Notes under the pieces: model-generated
What the model was told of the DNA's origin: nothing
Seen by the model: only the letters and a program-made list of their open reading frames with translations
The model's database searches: none
Made by a program: the position numbers and the translations under genes
NCBI GenBank assembly: GCA_963575745.1
Contig: CAUYUJ010000004.1
Coordinates: 496,001-560,000, forward strand
From: Prorocentrum cordatum
Lineage: Eukaryota
Direction of reading: 5' to 3'
DNA: 64,000 nt
In this document: piece by piece, positions 10,197 to 20,907 of the stretch
How positions within the stretch are numbered: the stretch's first letter is position 1
How the letters are laid out: each line of letters opens with the position of its first letter

Positions 10197-10961
10197 TCAG
10201 TCCGAGTCGGCCTCCTCCTCCTCCGCATCGCCCTCCGCCTCCGCTTCCATCTCCTGGAGCTCATCCGCTTCGCAATCCTTGAGTTCGGCGGTGCACCACT
10301 TCGCCGCGGCCGCTTCAGCGTCATCCTTGCTGCAGCCGCGGTTTGTGCGGAACAAGGCCGTCCTGCTGCAACCGCAGTCTGTGCGGACGGCCCGCCAAGC
10401 TTGGAGCCGCTGCACCCAATAGATGCGGGTGCCGCAAGGAACGTCGGTCTCGTGGCGCCGCGGGCGCTTCAGCACCGTGCTCGCCTCTGCCGCCTCCGCC
10501 GCCTCCTGAAGCAATTTGGCCTTGATGTACTCTACGCCCTTCTCGTGCAGCACCACCTGCAGCTTGTCCCTCCCCCCCCTATGAGGTGGGGGAATGACAA
10601 TCTGCAGCTCTGTTGCCTCAGTATCGCCAAACGGCGGCAGCTGCACTGTCTTGAAGCACTTGTCCACTGGAACCTGGCGACTGGCGCGGCCGGACCGCGT
10701 GGTCGGGCGGCGGCCTGGCTCCGCTGCAGCGAAGAGCGTCGTCGGCGCCGTTGGCCCCGACGACGCGGTGCGCTGATTTTTCAGCCACGTTAGGAACATC
10801 GTGCCTCGCAAGCCCTGAGCCTTGCCGCACACCCACTTGCTCCAACCTGCGGTGGTCACGGTGATACACTCGCGGTCTCCGATGACCTCGACGGCCGCGA
10901 CCAGCTCGCGCCCCGTACGGTTGTCGTGCAACACGACGCAGTCGCGCTTGATCGTCGTCAT
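10197..10961 (-). CDS. 254-aa intronless protein with a C-terminal AP2-like DNA-binding domain and an acidic tail
   Basis: Complex, globular-looking composition. KRPRR (NLS-like) is followed by RIYWVQRLQAWRAVRTD..RTALFRT..SKDDAEAAAAKW, matching the three-strand-plus-helix AP2 pattern (GVxW..xWxA..xF..xAxxxA). Confidence 0.6.
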   Translation of the reverse strand: MTTIKRDCVVLHDNRTGRELVAAVEVIGDRECITVTTAGWSKWVCGKAQGLRGTMFLTWLKNQRTASSGPTAPTTLFAAAEPGRRPTTRSGRASRQVPVDKCFKTVQLPPFGDTEATELQIVIPPPHRGGRDKLQVVLHEKGVEYIKAKLLQEAAEAAEASTVLKRPRRHETDVPCGTRIYWVQRLQAWRAVRTDCGCSRTALFRTNRGCSKDDAEAAAAKWCTAELKDCEADELQEMEAEAEGDAEEEEADSD

Positions 10962-11458
10962 CGCGCGCGCGGCGCGCCGAGGCTGCAGCCCGAGCGCGGT
11001 CGCACTTCAGCGCCAAAATTGCTGCGATGGAGTGATGAGGCAACATGTGCGCGGACGAGGTGCTCATGATGAGGTGCGCTGCAGCGCATGTGAAAGATGA
11101 AGCGAAGAGCAACGATCACATCGAGCACAACAGTGATGACGAAGCCGCTGCAGCGGCATGTCTGTGGGAAAGGCTGATGTCAGCACCAATATTGTACAGT
11201 CGCTGCAGCGACGATGCTGGCGCAACGAATCGTTCCGCGCGCTGCAGCGCCGCGGCAAGTATCGCACTTCGCACCAACCCGCACACTGTTTACACCAATC
11301 GGAGGGCCACGCTCGGTGCCGTCATGTGCGCTCGCCGCTCCTTAAGCCCCCTCATCCTCCTCCCTATGCCAAACCTTACCCTGCCTCCTCCTCCTCCTCC
11401 TCCGCATCACCCCTCCCTCCTGCCTCATCCTCCCGCGTGGTCCCTCTATATCGCCAGC

Positions 11459-14366
11459 TCAGGCCGTCCTGAGCTTCTTGGCTGGCCGCGGCTGCAGCCG
11501 CGGCCACGGCTTCACCACCAGGAAGTCGCCCGCGGACAGGGCGCAAGTGTTATGCATCTGGGGCACCCCCACCTGCACCTTGTTGACGCCTGTCCCGAAC
11601 GTCACGGTCTCCTTTCGGAGCTCCATGTTGGGCTCTGAGTCGGACTTTGCCACCACCCAGAAGGGGCTGACAAAGGCGTCGGGGCCCCGCGACCCCTCAG
11701 CGGGGGGCCCTGCGAACTGCGGGCCCACGAAGAACTCGTAGAGGCCAACCTTCCCCAACGAGATGCTCTCCGCAACGCAGCCCGTGCTGACCCGCGTGGA
11801 CGAGGCTGAAATGCGACCACTCCCACCGCGTGGAGCTACATGGCGCGCAGTCGGTAACATCACTGACCTCGTCGCTACGGCCTGACGTGCCCCGAAATCC
11901 TCGCTACCTCGTGCTCAGCGCAGCGCTGCAGCGCGGCGTCGTCGGAGGGGGGCGCGGACGATTGCGGAAGCACAAGTCTGACGAGCTCACCCACTTTGAA
12001 CGCTCGCTTGCAGCGCACGGCAGGTGGGTCCTGCAGGATCTCCAAGTGCAAAATGTTCGCCTGGTACTTCAGCGCTTGGAGCCGCAGCGCCATGTTGCAT
12101 GCCCCCTTGAACGCGTCCATCGCCCAACCCTCGTGGGCTGGCGGCAAGTGCTCCTTCGTGAACGGCAACTGCTCCTGCACCCTGGACGTCAACTTGTAAT
12201 TCTCGAGCAATATGTTTACTTCAATCCGCCCGCTCGGCTAACTGCTCCGTGCGCTGCAGCGCATCGACCAACCCATTGCAACTTAAGTACAGGAAATACA
12301 ATATCGCAGTTACTACCTCCTCCTCCCCCCTCCCTGCTCCCTGCACGGGCGGCGGGGTGGCTGCAGCCACGCAATGGAGATCTCTTCGCCCACCAGGTCG
12401 CCGTGCAACTTCTTCTGAGCGGTGATCCCATTCTCCGAGATGGAGAGCACCTCGAAGACGTCATCCACCTCCTTCTTCTGGACGATGTGCTTCCCCACGT
12501 CGAACCCTGCACGCCGCATGCGGAAGACGTTGCTCTTCAACTCAGCGGCCGACGACGCTGCCGCGCGCGGCGCGTCTGCATCGGCGCTCGCTGGGAACTC
12601 GGGTGCGCCATCGCCTTGCTTGTCGGTCTGCACCGCCTTGCCGAACTCGATCCCCAAGCTCTTCATCTGCAGCTGGGCTGGCTCCCCGAGCTCATGGAGG
12701 AAGACCTCTCTGGAGGGTCGCTGCAGCGACATTGAATGGCGAAAAGCAGGGAGGGAGGGAAACAAGGAGCACACGAAAGGTGGCGTGAGAAGATACCTGT
12801 GCTATATCTGCTACGCATCCGAAAGTGCGGTCTCCTGGCGCTCGCTTCTTCACCAGGTACATGGCACAGCGGACATCCAACTTTGTGATGTGCAAGAAGC
12901 CCTGCTCCGCTCCGATATCCAACCTCTTCACGAGCGACCTTGCGTCGGCCATGAGGTTGTCGGCCGCAGCCACGTCCGCCTTGCGGGACGCGACGTGGAC
13001 GATCTCGTTTGCCTTGATCCGCCCATCGCTTCAGCGATTGCGTTTGGGAATAAAGCAATGTAACGGTGCGTGTGTGTGTGTGGGGAGGGGGGAGGGGTGG
13101 GTACGCAGTTCTAACAATGCAGCGCAATGCATAGATGCGCTGCAGCGCATGTCACTACAAGGGGGCGCCGACAAGCTTATGGATGGTCCTGCACATGCTA
13201 TCCACCACGTGCTCGCCTGAATAGTTGGCCTTCACGAGCGCCGCTACGACATACGGGTACGACTCCTGGTGCTTCCCCCATTTAATCGAATTCAACTTGC
13301 GCCAAAATTCAGAGCCGCACATCAAAGTTTGCCCCGAGACGTCCACATTCGTGAAGGTCTTGAGGGCTTCATCTATTTCACGGAGAAGTTCTCCGTTTTG
13401 TGGCCCGAGCTCAACAAACTTGCACAAGTCAGCGATCCACGCCTTGCAAGGTGGGTTCGCGTGGCCCGCTTGCTCGGCGATGTCGCGCCAATCGGGCTTG
13501 CTGGAACCCTCAGCGAGGCTGTGTGCCAAGAGCATCCGCCCACCTGCCTGCAGCAAGCGCCGAGCCGATCAAGTGCTGCAGCACTGTAAGATATAATGCT
13601 CCTGCTCCTCGTTCTCACCTCCTCCCCAACGCGCTCCCACTCATCACCCTCCTCGTGCATCATCCTGGTCCTTACTACATACCGTTATATACTATAGTGG
13701 GGATAGGCTGCAGCCTGACCGAATGATCTCGGTCTCGTGAACCGCCTCCCTGACGTCGGCGTCCAAAGCCCTCTGCACGAAGTTCTTGGGGCCCTTCACT
13801 TTGGCCACCGCGTGCTTGATGATCAACCACGTCAGGCCCTTTTTGACTGCCGTCGCAAGTTGCGGATGCAACGCGCACAGCTTTTCGGAGTCGATGTTGT
13901 CCCGAGAGTCTGCCAGCGCCTTCACTGTGGTCGGCGCCTTGGCCAGCACGCAGCGGAGGAAGACGTTCGTGTGGGAGCCGCCCACTGACGTATACCGCAA
14001 TGAGTCCAGCGGGGGGCACCGACCCCCGCTGAGCCGCGAAAGGCGGTCGTTCGCCATCGCGGTCTCTTCCAACTGCGCCCCCTGCGGGGCCTCGAAGGCA
14101 GTGGCTGCAGCCGTCTTGGCCAAGACGAAGCCCTGGGCGCAAATCTTCGCGCCTAAATTGTGAGCCCGCGCAGGGTTCACTAACGAACCGCTGCGGTTCC
14201 GAATGTCGATGCCCATCTGGTTCGGTGGGACCTGCTGGTAATACGCTAGCCCCTCCGCCAGCAGGAACTCCTTCAGTTGATCCCACCCCGATGCCAACCT
14301 CCCCGAGGAATTGCTTTCCTCGATGTACTGCAAGATCTGCTCCTCCTGACGCGCCTGCAGCGCCAT
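11459..14366 (-). CDS. Multi-exon (~6 exons) protein: N-terminal ParB/Srx-like domain, C-terminal divergent SET-like domain
   Basis: Exon 1 from ATG 14366 contains VPPNQMGIDIRNRSG, HNLGAKICAQGF and YTSVGGSHTNVFLR. Further coding segments lie in ORFs 13155..13556, 12692..12973, 12313..12774, 11875..12210 (VRCKRAFKVGELV) and 11459..11863 (FWVVAKSDSEPNMEL..VPQMHNTCALSAGDFLVV). Confidence 0.6.
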
Positions 14367-15069
14367 GCCAGCGCTATATATAGCGCCGAATGCAACGCGC
14401 GAGCCCGCGGGCGCGACGGCGGATGCGGCGCGCGGCCGCAGCTTGAGACAAGCTGTCGCGCGGCGTGCGCGTGAACATCGACTTGCATGGACATGCAACT
14501 TGCGAGCAAAAATGTTGATCTGGGCTGCAGCCCGAGGCCCATGAAGCACGAGCGCGCACGCGCTGCAGCGCGATGCGACATCACGACGACAACCATTTTT
14601 TTGCGCTGCAGCGCAAAGTAACATACGTGCTATCAAATTTGGAGCGCTGCAGCGCTCAATGCGACCATTGAAAAACAACGAATACAACAAAACATAATTG
14701 ACATGTGCATTCAAATTCCTTGCAAACGGAGCTGGGCGAAAATGAAGATCCGAACAACGCGCAACTAGAAAACATGCATTTAACTCAACATTCAGCGCTG
14801 CAGCGCTTCATCTTCATGTTCATATAAATCCATGTTCATGTTCATATAAATGTTCATATAAATCCGAAGGCAGCGCTTCATGTTCATATAAATCCGAAGG
14901 CAGCGCTGCAGCGCTTCTCATATTTAAAGCAAAAATCCAGGACACCGACTCCAAATCAAAATGCAAAATTTGTAGCGCTGCAGCGCTCAACGAACAAACT
15001 CAGCTCTTTCAAGACGTGGATTTACCTTTTTTCCCTGTGCATGGCCCTTGGATAACAAGTGCAATGTAA

Positions 15070-15296
15070 CCGCTAAGTCACTTATAACCTACTTAGCAAA
15101 CTAGCTATAAGCGGTTATAAGTGGTTAGCTAAGTGCGCTAAGCACTTAGCTAACTGGTTATAAGTGGATAGCTAAGTACTTACTAAGTCATTACTAAGTG
15201 GGCCACTTAGTAATGACTGAGTAAGTACTTAGCTAAGTCCGCTAACTACTTACTAAGTACTTAACTTAGCGTAGTAAGTATGTTAAGTACTTAGCA
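15070..15296. repeat. AT-rich CTAAG/CTTAG palindromic segment
   Basis: Dense taagt/actta words. Perfect 16-bp arms at 15186-15218 (AGTCATTACTAAGTGG-G-CCACTTAGTAATGACT). Confidence 0.85.
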
Positions 15297-15314
15297 ACCG
15301 CCGCGGCCATCCAA

Positions 15315-16150
15315 GCAGGGGAAGGCCCGGTTGGTTTGGGAAGGCCCGGTCGGTTCGGGATGGCCCAGTGGTTTGGGGGGACGATGGTCTGGGAAGACCC
15401 AGTTGTTCCGGGAAGACCCGGGGTTTCTGGCGTGGGAAGACCCGGTCGGTTCGGGAAGATACAGGGGCTTGGTTTGGGAAGGCCCGCTCGGTTCGGGAAA
15501 ACGCGGCCGGTTCGCCGAAGCCCAGGGCCTCGGTCAGCCAAGAAACATTTGGTTCGGGTGCAACCGTCCGAACGAAGGCGAGAACGGGGCGGGGGCGAAA
15601 ACGGAAACGAGGACCAAACGAAGGCGAAACGAAAGCGAGATCAAGGCAAAAACGCGAGCGGAAATCAAAGCGAAACGAAAGTGAAACGAATCAAAGGGAA
15701 AGAGGCGGGCACGACCGCGAAACGAAGGCAAAACGGAGGCGAGAGCGATGGCGAGACCATGAGCGGAGACGACGCGAAACGAATGCGAAATGAGGGCGAG
15801 GCGAAAGCGGGACACGAGGACGGACACAAAGACGCAGACGAGACGACGGCGAGAACGATGGCGAAACCGAGGGCGAGACGAAACGAAGACGATGCGAAGA
15901 CGAAAACGAAAGCGAATGCGGGATCGGAAACGAAGGCGAAACAACGCGGACACGAAGGCGAACACGAAGGCAATAGTGAGACCGGAAGAACAGCGAAACG
16001 AAGGCGATAATGAAGGCGAGAACAAGAGCGGACACGAGGGCGAAACGAAACGAAGGCGACGGCGAAAACGAAAAACGAGAGCGGAGACGAAGGCGAGAAC
16101 GAGGGCGGAAACGAAAGCGAAACACCAACGAAACGAAGCGAGAACGAAGC
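15315..16150. repeat. Two adjacent degenerate satellites: ggtt(t/c)gggaag(a/g)cccggtc (~15315-15510) and acgaaggcgaaacga (~15570-16150)
   Basis: Direct reading. Confidence 0.8.
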
Positions 16151-17459
16151 GAATTTCTCGTCGTGGCGGTCCTCCTGACAGCGTTCGTCCTGGTGTGCCT
16201 CCTCCTCCTCCTCCTCCCCTACCCCCCCCCCAGCCGCGTGCCTGGTGGAAGACGTCGCCCCCCCCCCCCCCGCGCGCCCCCTCGCCGAGCCGCGCCCAGA
16301 TGAAACCTGCGGGGGCGAACCAAATGCCATGAATCTCGCAATTGCCCCCCGGATCAGCGCGCCCAACCGCGGCCTCGAGAAGCCGTCTGCGCCCGCCGGC
16401 CCCCGTCGTCGCGCCCCCTTTACGCGCGGGCTGGCCTGCCTCGCGCTCCGCTCAGAGGAGCGCAAAAGACATAAAAAATGTGAACGAGACAGAGAGAGAA
16501 ATGATAAAGAAGTGCACTAGAAGGATGATAGCGCAGAGCACGGATATTGAATCTAGCGAGTGACATTAACGGATGGCAGCAGGCGAAGCTGTTTTCTTCT
16601 GTCCTGTGGCTGGTTGGCCAGCCGTGTAAACGCACGCACGCGCAGGCGCGGCCTGCTTTGTGCCGCTGAGACCACCACCGAACGCCGATGCAACCCAGGC
16701 TGCGTCAGCGACGACAGCCTCGCAGCAGCCTGCGCGCGCGTTTCCGAGCAGGGCGCCGGGCCCCCGAGCAACACACGCTGATAATGCTGGGTGGGCGGGT
16801 CGACCTGCGCGGGCGCGCGTCGGGCCAGATTGTCACCCGACCGGTCGATGTTGCGCTGGGCCAGGTCCGCCACCTGGACGTCCAAGTGTATATCCGCGCT
16901 ACCCTGACGCGCGCCGCTCGCGGCGCCCGCGCCCGCCCCCTCCGCGCGCCCTGGCGGCCCGTCACTGGCGAGCGGCGCGCGGGCGGCTCTGGTCAGCGCA
17001 GCAGACGCAGCCCCGCCGCCGAGCTCGGCGAGCCGGTCGCTGGCGCCGTCGGCGACAGCGCCCACAGCCCAACCGCCGAAATATATGGTGCGAGCGTAGC
17101 GCACTGAAGCAGGCGGCACTGACGATGCTGACACTCCTCGGCCGCCAGCGCTACCGAAGCCGCCTGGTCCGCGCCTGGGTGACTCGCGCGAACGTCTGGG
17201 ACCGCGAGCCCGCTCGTCGACTGCCTGCTGCAACCTTGGAATGGCTCCCGAACCCGTTTGCAGAACCACTCCCGGCGCGCGCGGCCCGCAGATTTTCCCG
17301 CAGCCGCGCGGAGGCCGACCGCGCAATGGGCAGGACCGCAGCCTATCATTCATCGCCGCGCGGGCGCCCCCGTCGCAAGCGCGAAACGCAGTGGGGGGGG
17401 GGCCAAAACAGCGGCGGGAAATCTGTCACAACAGCACCTTGGGCGTGAGCGGCGTTCGC

Positions 17460-18195
17460 CCATAGTCTGCCGCGCTGCTGCGTGCTCCTGCGTGGTCTGC
17501 CGTGCCCCTGCGTGGTCAACCGTGCGCCTGCGTGGTCTGCCGTGCTCCCGCATGCTCTGCCGTGCTGCTGCGTGGTCCGCCGTGCTCCTCAGTGACTGCC
17601 GTGCTGCTGTGTGTTCTGCGCTGCTCCTGCGTGGTCTGTCGTGCGCCTGTCTGGTCCGCAGTGTTCCCGCGTGGTCCGCCATTCTGTCGCGCGGTCTGCC
17701 GCGTTCCTGCGAGTTCCGCCGCGCCCCTGCCCCCCCAAACCGGTAGTGAGGGCGGAAACGAGAGCGAGAATGAAGGCGCGAAGGATTCCGGAACGAGGGC
17801 GGAAATGAGAACGAGAACGCGGGCGGATCGGGTCGAACGGGCGGGCCCTAACTTGCGGGTCGGGCCGGGCGGGCGTGACGCGCAAGTATCATGCGCCATC
17901 GAGTTGGCGCGATCATAGCCTAGCGGGCGGGTCGCTCGGGAGGGCCAGTTGAGTCTGGCGGGCGGGCCCCGGCGGGCAGATCAGATCGGGCAGGCGGGCC
18001 CTGGCGGGCGGGTCGGGCCGGGCTGGCGGGGCGTTGAAGTATCGTGCATCATCGAGTTGGCACGCGCGCGCCCTTGCGGGCGGGTCGGTCGGGCGGGCGG
18101 GTCGGGCCGGGCGGGCGGGCCCTGGCGGGCGGATTGGATCGAGCGGGCGGACCATTAACCTGTGATGCGTCATCGAGTTGGCACGCGCGCGCCCG
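17460..18195. repeat. 20-bp tandem cgtgctcctgcgtggtctgc (17460-17710) followed by GGGCGGGTC repeats with three copies of catcgagttggc
   Basis: Direct reading; catcgagttggc occurs near 17898, 18050 and 18171. Confidence 0.75.
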
Positions 18196-20907
18196 GCTTC
18201 CGGGAGACCCTAACAAGCCCTGGGGCCGTGAAAAAAGATGCGACGGAAAGCCAGCCTTAGGGCAGGGGTCCAGACCCCCGGGTGCCCAATTCGCCAAACA
18301 GGCAACGCTGGATGCTGGTCGGAACGAAAAGCAAGGATGCAAGGGTACCCTTGGGAAGGCGGCCCATCCCTACTATGCGGGCTGACTGTGCAATTCCTCG
18401 CTCTGAAGAGGGGCTGCGTCCCCCCGGCGCCGCCTGGGCTGAGTGGCGGGTGCGGCGCGCAGGAAACGTTGCAACGATTGGCGCGAAGATCGGCTGACCC
18501 CTGAGCGGGACGGCGATGTCGTGGCTGAGTCTGCGGGGAGACACGGGGCGGGAATTGAGGACGCGCCGCGGGGCGGACACGGGGGCCTGCCCAGCCCGAG
18601 GCCTGTTGGAGGTCCGCCCCTTCTTCCAAGCGGCTTCTCCTCTTCTCAAGCGGGGCAGGCGCAGGGGTGGAAGAGCGCTCGGCTGCAACGCCGTCGAGAG
18701 GTCTGCTGGCTGACTTCCTCTTCCCTAGAATGCGAGGGCGCCCATCGAAGCAGGGATAGAAACGCTAGGGGAATGCCGAGCTGACCTGTCGATGGTGCGG
18801 ACTACTGCACCAGCCGGCCGCGGGGGGTGGGCTTCTCTGCGCGAGCAGGCTTCGATGCGCGAGCACGGGCGTCCCGAACTGCGCCAGCATCCGGAAAAAC
18901 TTGAGCAGAGTCCTTGGCTCTATTGGCGTAGTGCCTGTGCCTGCTCTTTCTCTCTCTCTCTCTCTTTTTCTCTCTATCTCTCTCTCTCTCTCTCTCTTTT
19001 GTTGTTATCTTTCTCTTTTTTTTTCTCTCTCTCTCTCTCTCTCTCTATCTATATATATGTATCATCCGAGCCCCGCCTGCCCCTGGAGGAGGAGGGGAAG
19101 GATGATGAAGATCGCGTCGTGCTCCGTCCTTCGGCGGCCGCCCTCGCCACAAGCTCGACTTGGCGCATTCGCCTGAGGTCGGCGCGGCGAACCGACCGAT
19201 CGAGCAGCAGCCGCGGCCGCCAAGTGACGCAACCAATTATCGAGGCAGCAGGACGAGAGACTTGCACAGGATACCGTGATCGGCGGAGACGCCCGCGCCA
19301 GAGAAAGCCATGATACAGACACGCAGCAGATACGCCCGGACGACATGAGATTGCAATTGCTGCTGGCAGGACAGCAGCACGGCTTCAGCAACACGTGCCA
19401 AGCGCACCCCGCCTGGAAAGAAAAGGGGCTAGTCCGACACAGGGAACATGGGAGCATTAGGATGCTCTTGTGTCGGGCTCGCGGTGTTTTCGACAGGCTG
19501 AAAACCCAGCCGTGCTCGAGGCTGCTTGTGCACCCGTGGCGGCATCCCTGCATTCGCGTGAGATTTCGGGGTGATTACATCCTGCATGCCGACGGCGGCC
19601 GTGGATGAGTTTTTGTTGCATACCGCCACGTTTGCTGCTGTGTGCTGGACGCATGCAGCTCGGACATTGCAGATCCTGTCTCTGCTGTGAGTCCCAGTGC
19701 CGGCGGTTGTTTATGTGCTGCGCTATGCACCAACTTAGTGGCTTGTCTGGCCTGCTGTGCTGATTGCACGCAGGCTAGTCCGCCTGACCAGACTCGCCAC
19801 CTGGTCAGGTGTATCATGGCTGCTGCCCGTGTATCTTGGAGATTCCTCCTCCTCCTCCTCCTCCTCCTCCTCCTCCTCGTACCTCTTCTCCTCTTCCTCC
19901 TCCTCCTCCTTCTCCTCCGCCCCCCTCTGTTCCCTCCCTTTCCTTTGTCCGCGGCAGGGCGAGCACTTTTCGGAGTTCACAGTGAGCCTTGGGGCCATGC
20001 CCGTGCAGGAGCTCGAAAAGGACTGCCCGCTCCCACGTTCGCCCCCCCCCCCCCCCCCGCTCTCCCCCTCCCTCCCCCTCCCCCCTGGTACTCGTACTCG
20101 TCGTCGTCGTCGTCGTCGTCCTCCTCCTCCTCCTCCTCCTCCTCCTCCTGACTGACTGACTCAAGGCGGTCTATCCTGAGGATGAAGCCTGCACACCTTT
20201 CCAGCCCCGAGTCCGCGTGACTTGGGGGGGCTCACTCGGGAAAAACATACACATCGCTGCCTGCTGCGTCTGGACCCCCCCGCCGTCGTCATCGTCACCC
20301 TCGTCGTCAAGATCCCCCCCCCCTGCCCCATGGCGCGGCGCCAGAAAGCGCGGGCTCGGCGCTGAGGCGGCTGGCCTGATGAATTGGTTGCCTCAGGTCG
20401 GGTTGAATCCTCCTGGGCGTGTCACCGGGGTCCGACCTAGGGCGGTTGGGAAATCCGGCGGTTGGGAAAACGTGCGAGGGAGGTGACGGCGTGTTCTGAG
20501 CCTACGGCTCTGCCGTCTGGAGAGGCACGCGGGGGCAGAGGGCGACAATTCGGGTTCCCAGGGCCTCTCGCTGCAGTTGGCTTGCTCTTGAATTTCTTTT
20601 CGGTTGCTAGGGGCTTCTGATGGCCCCGTCACCCTCTTCATGCCAAAGGACCGCAGCGCAGGCGAGGGGAGGTCAGGTCGATGGCGAGGCAAGGGGGGTA
20701 GCTGCTGTCGGGAAGGCGGTGCGTGGTTGGCGTCGGCGCGGGCTGACAATTGGCACGCGCCTGGGGCGATGGCGTGACATGCTCCCAATCCCAATCCAGC
20801 CTCACCCACTCCCGCATATCCCAACTCCCACCCAATCCAATTTACGACCAACCCTCATGTCTTCGCTGGGCGCCTTGGCTAAAGTGTGAGGCGCAAGCTG
20901 GGGCTTC

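Noticed and set aside
15336..16465. Charged or Phe/Arg-rich ORFs
   Set aside because: Translations of the acgaaggcgaaacga satellite.
16560..17350. Possible decayed SGNH-esterase-like ORF (HTLIMLGGRVDL)
   Set aside because: A single weak motif across several frames; cannot be supported.
20170..20400. Hammerhead ribozyme (ctgagga / ctgatga)
   Set aside because: No correctly placed GAAA core or closing stems were found.
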